Assembly: GCA_046483985.1 (NCBI GenBank)
Contig: JAWOCD010000111.1
Coordinates: 1 to 64,000, forward strand
Reading direction: 5' to 3'
DNA length: 64,000 bases
Source: Promethearchaeia archaeon
Lineage (GTDB): Archaea > Asgardarchaeota > Lokiarchaeia > Sigyniarchaeales > SOKP01
Shown: positions 29,592 through 39,534 of the stretch, piece after piece
Layout of the letters: each line of letters opens with the position of its first letter
How positions within the stretch are numbered: position 1 is the stretch's first letter
Notes under the pieces: model-generated
Seen by the model: the letters and a program-made list of their open reading frames with translations, nothing else
Told to the model about the DNA's origin: nothing
Database searches by the model: none
Translations under genes and position numbers: made by a program

Positions 29592-31310
29592 ATGAGAGAT
29601 TTAATCATTAAAGATGGAGTAGTTTACGATCCACTAAATGAAATAAACGGAGAAAAGAAAGATATCTATATTAACAATGGTAAAATCGCGGAAAAACCGA
29701 GTAATGATGCTAAAGTTATCGATGCATCCGATATGGTCGTTTTTCCTGGCGGTGTTGATATACACTCTCATATTGCGGGAGCCAAAGTGAATTCGGGGAG
29801 GTCATTTCGACCTGAAGACCACTTTATTGACCCTGTGAAGAAAACGAAAAACACTAGAAGTGGTGTAGGTTATTCGGTCCCCAGTACCCATGTTACGGGA
29901 TACCGATATGCAAAACTCGGCTATACAACTATCATGGAACCGGCAATGCCTTTGCTTGAATCTCGACATACCCATGAAGAATTTCTCGATACTCCGATAA
30001 TTGATAAGGCTGCTTTCCCGCTCTTCGGAAATAATTGGTTTGTTATGCAATTTCTGAGAGATAAAGACTATGATAAACTTGCGGGATATGTTCAATGGAT
30101 TTTGAAGGCAACTAAAGGATATGCAGTGAAAATTGTGAATCCCGGCGGAGTTGAGAATTGGGCATGGGGAAAAAATGTGGAATCGTTGGATGATCAAGTA
30201 CTTCATTGGGGTGTAACTCCACGTGAAATTTTGGAAGGGCTAGCAAAAGCGAATGAAAAATTAGGCTTACCACACACCATTCATATCCACGCAAATAATC
30301 TGGGACATCCCGGAAATTATAAACACACCCTTAAAACATTTGATACGTTGAAAAAAGTAGAACCAAAGAAAGGACGAGATAATGTTGTTCATTTAACCCA
30401 TTGTCAGTTTAATGCGTATGGAGGGTCCAACTGGGGTAATTTTCGATCAGCCGCCCCAGAAGTTGCAGAATATTTGAACCATAACAAACATGTAACTATT
30501 GATATGGGTCAAGTAGTTTTTGCGAAAGCCGCCACCACAACAATGACCGCAGACGGTCCTTGGGAATTTGCGCTTCATCATTTAAGCGGACATTCAGCGT
30601 GGGGTGCAAAACCCGGGGTTAAGTGGATTAATGGGCAAGTGGAAGGAGAATCTGGCTCGGGAATTGTACCGTATTATTTCGATCCAAAAGTAGGAGTTAA
30701 TGCCATTCAATGGGCAATTGGCCTTGAATTAGCGCTGCTGGTCGACAACCCATGGCAAGTATTTATGACCACGGACCATCCAAATGGTGGACCATTTATC
30801 TATTATCCAAAAATCGTTCGTTGGTTAATGGACAGAAAATCAAGAAATGATATGTTGGATAATGTATGCTCACCGAAAGCTAAGTCTCAAACACAGCTGT
30901 ACGATATTGATCGTGAACTTTCACTCTACGAAATCGCAGTTATGACTCGTGCGGGTACTTCAAAAGTTCTGGGATTAGATGATAGAGGTCATCTCGGCAT
31001 AGGTGGAATTGGTGATGTGAGTATATTTGATCTTGACCCAGAAGAAAGTGATGGGCATGCAATCGAAAAGGCGTTCTCAAATGCAGCCTATACCATTAAA
31101 GACGGAAAGATCGTGGTGAAAGACGGAGAGATCGTAAGTAGCCCTCTGGGCACTACTTTAATATCAGAAGGGCAAATCGATGATCGAAAGTTTGAAGCAA
31201 CTCTAGGCTCTGTGAAAGGGCGATGGAGAGATCACTATAGCATTAACTTTAACAACTATGAAATTGGAGATCATTATACTCCGAAGAGCAAAAAAATTAT
31301 GGGCTCATAA
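29592..31310 (+). CDS. fwdA: Formylmethanofuran dehydrogenase subunit A
   Basis: GGVDIHSHIAG, RPEDH, KIVNPGG, HANNLGHPGN and TTDHPNGGPF motifs. Confidence 0.96.
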   Translation: MRDLIIKDGVVYDPLNEINGEKKDIYINNGKIAEKPSNDAKVIDASDMVVFPGGVDIHSHIAGAKVNSGRSFRPEDHFIDPVKKTKNTRSGVGYSVPSTHVTGYRYAKLGYTTIMEPAMPLLESRHTHEEFLDTPIIDKAAFPLFGNNWFVMQFLRDKDYDKLAGYVQWILKATKGYAVKIVNPGGVENWAWGKNVESLDDQVLHWGVTPREILEGLAKANEKLGLPHTIHIHANNLGHPGNYKHTLKTFDTLKKVEPKKGRDNVVHLTHCQFNAYGGSNWGNFRSAAPEVAEYLNHNKHVTIDMGQVVFAKAATTTMTADGPWEFALHHLSGHSAWGAKPGVKWINGQVEGESGSGIVPYYFDPKVGVNAIQWAIGLELALLVDNPWQVFMTTDHPNGGPFIYYPKIVRWLMDRKSRNDMLDNVCSPKAKSQTQLYDIDRELSLYEIAVMTRAGTSKVLGLDDRGHLGIGGIGDVSIFDLDPEESDGHAIEKAFSNAAYTIKDGKIVVKDGEIVSSPLGTTLISEGQIDDRKFEATLGSVKGRWRDHYSINFNNYEIGDHYTPKSKKIMGS

Positions 31311-31566
31311 AAACTTAATTGTTTTTCTCTACTTTTTCTTTTTGTTATAATTGATAAATTTCGGCAAATACGGCATACGCCTCTTCTTGAGTGGCACGAA
31401 TCCTTTTAGCTTGATTGTTTGGAAACTATCCCCAAAATGATGAGATTGATTGATCGAGAGAGAGAAAACAGGACTAAATAATTGGGTTGGGTCTATAGAT
31501 TTAAATAAAAAATAATGTAATACTAATATATATTCAAAAAACACAATTAATTGAAGAGAGAAAAAA

Positions 31567-32241
31567 ATGGTGGATAGTCATAAAAAGACCTTTTTTGGAG
31601 AAGATGCCGCGATTATGATTCAAAGTACCTCCAAGGGAGACGAGTCAATTTTTTTATCCGCATTCGGAAAATTATCTGACAATAAATGGGAGAAACCTTC
31701 TCAAGGTCAAGGGAAAAAGATCAAATTGTCTTTAGAAGAGATAGTGTTAGTGTTAAGGGTTCTTAAGCAGGAAAAGAAAGCATGGTCTACTTATCATACT
31801 TATCAAGAAAAGGAAACTCCAATTGCCTTTAATTGGACTGCCGCTGAAACATTATCAATAAAGATAGATATTTATTTTATTCAGTTGAGTTTTGCCCCAG
31901 TTGAGATAATGCGATTATTGCTTAAGCATATATTAGATGAAAAAATAAGGTATGCAACTACTCCAGGAACAAGCCAAAAGAGAATTACTTCAACACCACC
32001 GAAGTCTGGTAATAAAAAGCCTCAAAAGTCGAATAACACATCTAAAGAAAGGAGCAGATTGGATGGAGCCATTAGTGGGAAAACTGCTAAAGCGTTATTG
32101 ATTCGATTTGAGGGAGGGAAAGAAGAATGGATCCCAAAAAGCACAATTCATAATGACTATGACAGTGAAGAAGGAGTAATTCAGCCTTTTTTAATTGACA
32201 ATTGGGTCTTGAAGAAAAACGGAATTATTGAAAATGAATAA
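31567..32241 (+). CDS. Hypothetical two-domain protein
   Basis: 224-aa ORF with a low-complexity linker and a C-terminal TxKAxLIxF...WIPKS domain. Confidence 0.75.
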   Translation: MVDSHKKTFFGEDAAIMIQSTSKGDESIFLSAFGKLSDNKWEKPSQGQGKKIKLSLEEIVLVLRVLKQEKKAWSTYHTYQEKETPIAFNWTAAETLSIKIDIYFIQLSFAPVEIMRLLLKHILDEKIRYATTPGTSQKRITSTPPKSGNKKPQKSNNTSKERSRLDGAISGKTAKALLIRFEGGKEEWIPKSTIHNDYDSEEGVIQPFLIDNWVLKKNGIIENE

Positions 32242-32353
32242 ATCCATTGACAATGTCCTAAAAGCGAATAAAAATAAAAAGATGAGATTATTTATTTTTA
32301 GTTAATTAATTTCACAAGAGTCTTCTATATCTCTATTTGAGTTTTTTCTTTTA

Positions 32354-33910
32354 CTAACTCTTTGGCTTTTCCTCTTCTCCGTCAATATCTTTTTCCTCCT
32401 TTGGCTCTTGTTGCACTTCTGATTCCTTTAAGGGCTCGTTTTCCGTTGAAGGCTCGGATTCTTTTTTGAGCTTTTCATATTCTTCTGAGACTTCTGAGAC
32501 TTCTGAGACCCTCCCTGCTTTAGAGGTTTTTGCTTTTTTCAGAGAAATTTCTTGCCTACCTTTCAGTTTCAATTTCTCATTTGCCAAAAAGGTTTGAAAT
32601 ATTGTATTTTCCATTTGATCGGATTTAATAGCGTCACGCTTTTCCAGATATCCAGTATATCGTCCTAAAACAAAGATAACCTCCGCTCGGGTATAATGCG
32701 AACGCATGATGAGATTCCTTCGCTCGAGAATATACCTGGAATACCAGAGATAGAAAATGAGCGTAACTACTAATACTAAGAAGTTCGTTACCATGCTTAT
32801 CTGACTTGTGTTGGAAAAAACACCCGTTAATTGTCCGGCACCGGTTAATAAGATAACTTGGCCTTCGATGTAGAATAAAGTAAAAGCGTATAAGAGAAAT
32901 GGAAGATTATTCTCTGAAATGAACTTAGATGTACCAATCTTGCTTCCCAGACTTCTTAAAACCATAATTGCCGTAAATACCAACAATAAGACATCCCCTA
33001 CTGCCGAAAATATATCTGTGGCACCAGTTTCAATTTCTCCAGAAAGATGCCGAATGAAATTAAAGGATCTATACCAAATAAGAATCCAAATTAATATGTA
33101 AAATATCGACGAGAATATATTGGGTGTTTCATTCCGCTTGCTCTTAATGGTTAAATTGGTTAACCAATAAGAGGTTACAGCAATAATTATGAACATGCCA
33201 ACATTCCATGCCATAAACCAATAAAACGGTTCTCCAGGATCATTTCCATTTTCGGGCGCAAAAAGATCCCATAGGCCCCATAGAGAGCCGACTTGCATTA
33301 TAACGGGTACAATTAACGCGATAACGAGGAAAATTATCATCACAGTATTTTGTTTCTGGGAATCAATATCACTTGGCATCGCTTTGTTGTTCACCTTCAG
33401 CGATATTTCCTCAAAACCCGTTTTAATAAAGAGGATTTGGATAATATTCCATCCAAAATAAATAATTATCAGAATCGGAGGGAGAAGTAAATCCCATCCC
33501 AAAAATTCAACGGGTAAATCGGCGGATCCGCCCAAGGTGAAGTATAATATCATGATTACTATACTAGGCACAAGACACAGCAAAAAGATATAGAACTTAT
33601 TTCTATCGAAACGATTCTCCGTAGAAAAGAAATAATCCTCCAATTGAGGAATACGAGAGAAAACCATCAGAAAGAGAAAAGTCAGAGCTATAGTCGTCGC
33701 TAAAAATAAAACTATATTTCCAATATTCGCTATATCAAGTAAACTGATGAGCGAAATGATCAAAGCAGAGAGAAAAAAGATAATAGTATAGAGAAAATGA
33801 CTATCACTAAAAATTTTATGAAAGTTTTTGTCGATGATCTCTTTTAACTTTGCAATGTATTTATTTTCGGTTTCATCTGCTGATTTTATTTGATTTGTTT
33901 GTTCTGTCAT
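32354..33910 (-). CDS. Multi-pass membrane protein with an acidic C-terminal tail
   Basis: About 10 hydrophobic segments; Glu/Lys-rich tail. Confidence 0.85.
   Translation of the reverse strand: MTEQTNQIKSADETENKYIAKLKEIIDKNFHKIFSDSHFLYTIIFFLSALIISLISLLDIANIGNIVLFLATTIALTFLFLMVFSRIPQLEDYFFSTENRFDRNKFYIFLLCLVPSIVIMILYFTLGGSADLPVEFLGWDLLLPPILIIIYFGWNIIQILFIKTGFEEISLKVNNKAMPSDIDSQKQNTVMIIFLVIALIVPVIMQVGSLWGLWDLFAPENGNDPGEPFYWFMAWNVGMFIIIAVTSYWLTNLTIKSKRNETPNIFSSIFYILIWILIWYRSFNFIRHLSGEIETGATDIFSAVGDVLLLVFTAIMVLRSLGSKIGTSKFISENNLPFLLYAFTLFYIEGQVILLTGAGQLTGVFSNTSQISMVTNFLVLVVTLIFYLWYSRYILERRNLIMRSHYTRAEVIFVLGRYTGYLEKRDAIKSDQMENTIFQTFLANEKLKLKGRQEISLKKAKTSKAGRVSEVSEVSEEYEKLKKESEPSTENEPLKESEVQQEPKEEKDIDGEEEKPKS
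32483..32509. repeat. 9-bp tandem repeat x3 (encodes VSE)
   Basis: TTCTGAGAC three times inside the membrane protein tail. Confidence 0.85.
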
Positions 33911-34020
33911 TGAGAAACGACCTAACTATTTATTAATAATATATAGAATGATTCTTATTTAATGTTGTTGAAATCTTTAATCAGATAAATTTTAAATTTG
34001 AGGAAAAATAAAGAATATTT

Positions 34021-34839
34021 TTATTCGATTAATCCCAATTCTTGACGGGTTGGCTTATAGAACTCTCTGGTAGGATTTGCCGCATTATAGAAAAAATCGT
34101 ATGAGAAAGCGTTTCTAAGTTTCATATCTCCGGCAAATTGAAAGAGAGCATCTGTATTTGGCTTAATTTTTCTTAATTTTTGCACGGGAGAACCATATTT
34201 GAAAATCTGATACCGTTGACGAACTTTTAATAGATGAGAAAGACGCTCTAACTCCAGCGGTGTTATTTGACTTTTATGTTGACCTAAAGTCTTTATTTTA
34301 ATAGAGAGATTTTTCTTCTGAATTTTTAACAAAAAATTTGGACTAAAAGTATAATATAGAAAGATATTGCGGGGAAGATATTCTTTCCTTATCCGGAAAA
34401 GAGCCAATAAGGGAATTCTCCCAGTATTTATATGGTCATTATGAAAATCAACAGGAAAAATAGGATCTGGAGCAAAAACAATATTTGGTTTCTCTTTGAG
34501 GAGAAGGTCTTTACACCTTTTGATTGAAGATTTGGTTAGCGGTAAAAAACCGTCAACATAGCCCATTTTAACAAGTTTGGGATGATTTTTGAGTTCTTTT
34601 TCATAAATATTGTTGGCATCTTCAAGCTCTTTCATCCGGATTCTCCGAAGTCTTTTTCCTTTGAAATCAGTTCGATCAGTACCATATTCGGAATTTGTCA
34701 TCAAAATTTCTTTGACTGTGTAACCAGACCGCAAAAATTCTATACATGCAAAGGAGGTCCCAAATTCTAAATCATCAGCATGAGGTACAAAAAATAGCAC
34801 AGGATTGTTATGAGTAGATTGATTGTGGGAAGCCATCAA
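34021..34839 (-). CDS. PIG-L/LmbE family deacetylase
   Basis: PHADDLE and HNDH metal motifs; RxxE. Confidence 0.88.
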   Translation of the reverse strand: MMASHNQSTHNNPVLFFVPHADDLEFGTSFACIEFLRSGYTVKEILMTNSEYGTDRTDFKGKRLRRIRMKELEDANNIYEKELKNHPKLVKMGYVDGFLPLTKSSIKRCKDLLLKEKPNIVFAPDPIFPVDFHNDHINTGRIPLLALFRIRKEYLPRNIFLYYTFSPNFLLKIQKKNLSIKIKTLGQHKSQITPLELERLSHLLKVRQRYQIFKYGSPVQKLRKIKPNTDALFQFAGDMKLRNAFSYDFFYNAANPTREFYKPTRQELGLIE

Positions 34840-34886
34840 ATATAAAAATGAGAACTTTTCTAATTAATATTTCTTCAGAAAAACTT

Positions 34887-35450
34887 TTAATTTATATTGG
34901 GAAAAAATTCACTTACTATCTTCGATTTGATTTTGTGTGCGGATTCTTCAATATTCAATTTATCGGTATTTACAATTAAATCTGGGTCCTTAGGGTCTTC
35001 ATATTTAACTTGAATGCCAGGAACCGTCTTGCTTTCGCCTTTTTTTGCTTTTTCATATATTTCGTCGGGGGCTTCTTTAGTATCTGCTCGGCTCATTTCT
35101 CTTTTTATTGCCACCTTAAGCGGACACTGTAAAAAGATAAGTAAAAAGTTGGGAATGATTTCGTTTGCCAATGCTCTGTATTTTCGTCTATTTCCCGTCC
35201 CGTCCATGATGACATTTGTTCCGTGATCCACAAGTAATTTAGAAGTAAAAGCAAACGCATTATAGACTATTTGACGTTCTTGATCATTATATTGGGGATT
35301 CGGCGTTATATATTTTCGCATGTAATCTGTTTGGAGGATAAAGGCAGAGATGTCCTCCTTTTTTAATAATCTATCCAGTTTTTCTGCAATAGATGACTTT
35401 CCAGACCCCGGTATTCCCGTCAACCAGACTGCAAAATTTTTGCTATCCAT
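34887..35450 (-). CDS. P-loop kinase (adenylyl-sulfate kinase / AAA_33-like)
   Basis: WLTGIPGSGKS; PGxxxxYExPxxPDL. Confidence 0.85.
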   Translation of the reverse strand: MDSKNFAVWLTGIPGSGKSSIAEKLDRLLKKEDISAFILQTDYMRKYITPNPQYNDQERQIVYNAFAFTSKLLVDHGTNVIMDGTGNRRKYRALANEIIPNFLLIFLQCPLKVAIKREMSRADTKEAPDEIYEKAKKGESKTVPGIQVKYEDPKDPDLIVNTDKLNIEESAHKIKSKIVSEFFPNIN

Positions 35451-36534
35451 CGTTTTTTACAAATTGATTTTTCATTTTTTCCAATGTAAATTTATCAGTG
35501 TCTAATGCGTATTCTATAAACTGAATCAACCGTTTTCTTACATTTGACTGTAAATTTGGATTCCATACGGGTGAAGCAAGAACTAAACATCGCCAAGCAA
35601 AAAAGGGAGAAGCTACCTCCATGATTATCCTATCATCTGTTTTCTCTAAGTAGTTATCCCAAAAAATATCAAATAATCTAAGAAAATGGTCTTGGGCTTC
35701 CTTGTACTGGAGGGCAAAGAAGAGATAATTTATAGTCATGCTGACAACATCGTCTGCGGGTTCACCCCATTCCCCTCTGCTTCTGTCTAACACAGAAAAA
35801 TCCAACGTCTCATCAAATAAGATATTCCACGGGTGAAAATCCCCGTGAACTTGGGATAATCTATCCTCATAATCCCGTAATTTGTATCTCCAATCGATAC
35901 ATTTCTTTTCAATCCTCTTCAAATCGGTTTGTCCAATAAAGTCATAGTCTAAGGGATAGCTGTCCGTAAGACCCATAATACATTCTCCATCTCCGATAAG
36001 TTCCCTTATCCTCCTTCGATATAATAAGGGATTATCCTTTTTTTGCGAATGAATCTCAACTAAATAATCCGAGAGGGCTTTTGTTCGTTCAATATCAATC
36101 ACATCGGGTTCACTTTTTTCTGCTAACTTTTCAAGATCAAAATAGTAAGGGTTTCCATCGACCTTTTCGACAATTTGAAAGAATTCTTTGGGATTATCAA
36201 TTGATTCCATAGCGCCAGATTGCGTATAGACCCCAATATCAAGAGAGTTAACATGCTTTGGCAAATTATTATAACTTGAATGTGCAAAAAGTAAACCTTT
36301 TGCCCTATCATAGAAGAATTCATGACCGAATCGATTCTTTTCCATAGTGGTTAGTACTAATGACTTCGATGTGCCGTCCAGAGAATAATCCACCAACAAA
36401 TTTTCGCCATACCCAAATTGCTTTAAATCTTCTTCATTTTCTTCTTCTGGTATTTTTTGAATTTGATTTATGCTTACCGGTTTACCAAAAACATTTTCTA
36501 AGTATTTTTTTATCTTTTTATTTAAATCACTCAT
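35443..36534 (-). CDS. Aminoglycoside phosphotransferase/choline kinase-like protein
   Basis: VHGDFHPWNIL Brenner motif and LDRSRGEWGEPADD; overlaps the kinase start codon. Confidence 0.88.
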   Translation of the reverse strand: MSDLNKKIKKYLENVFGKPVSINQIQKIPEEENEEDLKQFGYGENLLVDYSLDGTSKSLVLTTMEKNRFGHEFFYDRAKGLLFAHSSYNNLPKHVNSLDIGVYTQSGAMESIDNPKEFFQIVEKVDGNPYYFDLEKLAEKSEPDVIDIERTKALSDYLVEIHSQKKDNPLLYRRRIRELIGDGECIMGLTDSYPLDYDFIGQTDLKRIEKKCIDWRYKLRDYEDRLSQVHGDFHPWNILFDETLDFSVLDRSRGEWGEPADDVVSMTINYLFFALQYKEAQDHFLRLFDIFWDNYLEKTDDRIIMEVASPFFAWRCLVLASPVWNPNLQSNVRKRLIQFIEYALDTDKFTLEKMKNQFVKNDG

Positions 36535-36740
36535 GGGAAATTAATGGCTTTCTTTAGTAGGTGATTTTAAAATGGATGGTTAAAATTTTCAGAGTAAATC
36601 TATTCAAACAAATTAGAATCAAATATTTAAGCATTTTATCTAAAATCTAAAAATTGAGAGGGGAACTTCTTTTCGCTATAAGTTAAATTAAAAATGATGA
36701 GGAACATTATCTACCTAAGAAGAAGAGTTGAAAAAATAAG

Positions 36741-37922
36741 ATGAAAATCGCTTGGGACCAAATACGGAAGGAATTTTTTCCAGCATTACAGGAATATACG
36801 TATTTAATGGCTGCTTCATCCTCCCCTATGAATAAGAAGGCTTATGAAAGCGGGACGGCATATTTTAATAAAATGTTACATCACGGGGATATTAAGAGTG
36901 AACAATTCTTTGAGGATGTTGATAAAGCCCGAGAATTGGTGGCGGACTATATTAATGCTAAGCCTCATGAAATTGCCTTTTTGATTAACACTTCCTCTGG
37001 GATGAACGTAGTAGCTCGATTATTTGAAAATGAGAAGGGGGAAATCTTGTATCCTTCACTTGAATTTCCCGCTTCCATACACATCTTTCGCAAGTTAGGA
37101 TATTCTTGTAAGAAGATCGGAGATGAGCAGGGAAAATATCCCATTGAAGCCTTTCAAAATGAGCTCACCGACCACACAAAATATATTGTTCATACCCATG
37201 TACAATCATTCAACGGGTTTCGACAAGATTTGGAGGAATTAGGAGATTTTTGCAAAAAAAAAGAGGTCATTAATATTGTTAACGCCACGCAATCGTTTGG
37301 TTCTTACGATTTAGATGTGCAAGCACAAAAAATCGACATCTTAGTCGCTAACGGATTAAAGTGGATAGGATGCGGTTTCGGTACCGGAATTCTTTATATA
37401 AATCAGAAATTCATTAAAAAACGACCCTTACCAGTATCTTCGTGGCTTAGCGTTACAGATCCTTTCGCAATGGATAATGAAAATATGGATATCGTTCAGA
37501 AAATAAGTTCTATGGATGGTCTCGGTGGATGTCCTAATTTTCCTGCATTATTAGCGTTTAAAGGGGGATTAGAGCTTCTCAATGATGTCATTGGAGATGG
37601 CGACATCAATGTCGCAGTACGTCATATTCAAGAGAGAGTTCTCAACCTCGCGTCTATGTTACTGCAAGGTTTAAAAAAATGTCAATTAAATCTCAAAATA
37701 ATTACTCCCCCAGGATCTAAGTGGAGATCGGGAATTATTACAGTAGAGTATGAATACGCAGAGAATTTATATGACTACTTGGTGCAAAATAATATCTATG
37801 TTACTTTAAAGCGGTATCCAAAATTAGAGAAATCCACACTACTTCGATTTGCGGTGAATTATTATAACAATAGAACAGATATTGAAAAAGCGCTAAATGT
37901 ATTGAATTCTTTTAAGCAATAA
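36741..37922 (+). CDS. PLP-dependent class V aminotransferase family enzyme
   Basis: NTSSG, EFPAS, NATQS and GLKW (PLP lysine) motifs; C-terminal LRFAVNYYN. Confidence 0.88.
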   Translation: MKIAWDQIRKEFFPALQEYTYLMAASSSPMNKKAYESGTAYFNKMLHHGDIKSEQFFEDVDKARELVADYINAKPHEIAFLINTSSGMNVVARLFENEKGEILYPSLEFPASIHIFRKLGYSCKKIGDEQGKYPIEAFQNELTDHTKYIVHTHVQSFNGFRQDLEELGDFCKKKEVINIVNATQSFGSYDLDVQAQKIDILVANGLKWIGCGFGTGILYINQKFIKKRPLPVSSWLSVTDPFAMDNENMDIVQKISSMDGLGGCPNFPALLAFKGGLELLNDVIGDGDINVAVRHIQERVLNLASMLLQGLKKCQLNLKIITPPGSKWRSGIITVEYEYAENLYDYLVQNNIYVTLKRYPKLEKSTLLRFAVNYYNNRTDIEKALNVLNSFKQ

Positions 37923-37923
37923 T

Positions 37924-38406
37924 CTATCGAGAACGACAACTTGTATTGCGAAATTGGCGAAAGTCAATTTCTCGCTCGTATAATCCAATTATGGTTGCCT
38001 TTTCTATCTCATGTTGATGAATGATTTTCCTAAAATTTCTGCAGTTTAGATCTTTTAGTTGATCCGTATCGAGTGCGTATACGGTAAAATGGAATTCATG
38101 GGTTCCCTCTTTCGGAAAAGGACCAGTATATCCTAAATCCCGGTAATCATTTTCGATTACCTTCCCAGGAACGGGTCCATTTTGCGGGATCTCCCGAACA
38201 TCCTTGGGTATATCATACACGTTCCAGAGACTCCAGTTCCCCACTTTGGTATCGGGATCGATACATGTTAGTGCAAAACTTTTGGTTTCTTTAGGGGGTT
38301 GTTTCCACTTTAAATGGGGGGAAAATGATTCAGCTTGTCCCGTGAACTTTTTTTCCAACATTTCCCTATTATTAAAGTCATTACTAATCAGTTCCATCAT
38401 TATCAA
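37924..38406 (-). CDS. YbhB/YbcL (PEBP/Raf kinase inhibitor-like) protein, divergent paralog
   Basis: SPHLKW, DPD, YTGPFP and YALD motifs. Confidence 0.85.
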   Translation of the reverse strand: MIMMELISNDFNNREMLEKKFTGQAESFSPHLKWKQPPKETKSFALTCIDPDTKVGNWSLWNVYDIPKDVREIPQNGPVPGKVIENDYRDLGYTGPFPKEGTHEFHFTVYALDTDQLKDLNCRNFRKIIHQHEIEKATIIGLYEREIDFRQFRNTSCRSR

Positions 38407-38538
38407 GGAAATAAAGGAAATAACTCAATAAAAATTCCTAGATTTTAGAATCGTTATTTTTCTGTTCTAAGAATTATGAACGTTAACCAAATATCGAAAA
38501 AAGATAAAAAAATTAAGAGGGGGGATAACATTTAAACA

Positions 38539-38964
38539 TTAACGGGTATAGAGACCGATCATCTCTGCTTTTTCGAGAGTGTGTTGTTTTACCTTTTTCT
38601 TGAAATTACTTTTCTTGACTCCTTTTAGCTCTTCATCAAGTGCATAAACTCTAAAGAAATATCGATGAGTCCCACTTGGTGGACAAGGGCCACCATATTC
38701 TTTCTTACCGAAATCATTTTTAGCTTGTTTTCCAGGGACTGGTCCATTTTGTGCTATTTCTCTTGTGTCATCGGGAATATTATATACATACCAATGCACC
38801 CAATCACCAGCTGGTGCATCGGGATCATTACAAGAAACGGCAAAGCATTTGGTACCATTGGGTACATCATCCCACTTGAGATGCGGAGAAATATCATCGC
38901 CATCACAAGTAAACTTGCTGTCCATTTCCTCATTATGGTCAAAATCTTGGCTAGTTAACTGCAT
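38539..38964 (-). CDS. YbhB/YbcL (PEBP/Raf kinase inhibitor-like) protein
   Basis: TCDG, DPDAP, WVHW and YGGPCPPSGTHRYFFRVYALD motifs. Confidence 0.95.
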   Translation of the reverse strand: MQLTSQDFDHNEEMDSKFTCDGDDISPHLKWDDVPNGTKCFAVSCNDPDAPAGDWVHWYVYNIPDDTREIAQNGPVPGKQAKNDFGKKEYGGPCPPSGTHRYFFRVYALDEELKGVKKSNFKKKVKQHTLEKAEMIGLYTR

Positions 38965-39069
38965 ATTTTTATATCAAGATAACACTTTATTTAAAACTGA
39001 TGTTTAAAAAGAATAAATTTCATTCTATCTGAAACCAGTTTTTATAAACTTCCGGGTCCAATAATAAGT

Positions 39070-39282
39070 ATGGAAAGCCTAAGTGAAGAAGAACAATTCA
39101 TCTATAAAAAATTAGTGGAAAATGACGGAAAACTGGGATATAAAGATTTACAAGATTTATGTGCAAATGAATTTGAAGGAGTTCGCCTCATCTTGAAGAA
39201 AATGAAAGGAAAGGGGATCTTAGATTACGACGGTGTGATTCCGGGATTTTCCGCGGAGATAGATTTGATTAAGGAATTCTAA
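39070..39282 (+). CDS. Small winged-helix-like hypothetical protein
   Basis: 70-aa ORF with an LSEEEQFIY...ILKKMKGKGIL pattern. Confidence 0.65.
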   Translation: MESLSEEEQFIYKKLVENDGKLGYKDLQDLCANEFEGVRLILKKMKGKGILDYDGVIPGFSAEIDLIKEF

Positions 39283-39534
39283 ATCCTTGACAATTTTTAT
39301 TTTTATTTTTATTTTTATTTTCTTCGCCATAAAGGGGGGGGATTCTTTTGTCTTTAATGATAAAAAAGGGAGTGTATCTTAGAAAATCTGAGGATTTAGT
39401 GGAAGGAATCCATGAACAAGATTCCCAACTAATAGTTGAAACCGTGAGCCTTCGGTCAGAGAAAAACAATAATTTATTGAGAGGAATTTTCATCTTTTTT
39501 AAAAAGTTAAATAAAATTATTAATTCTCTTTGTT

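Noticed and set aside
34887-35450. Assigning cysC
   Set aside because: It lacks the LDGD motif typical of APS kinase and has no sulfate-assimilation neighbours.
36741-37922. Calling this enzyme SufS/IscS cysteine desulfurase
   Set aside because: The catalytic C-terminal Cys loop is absent.
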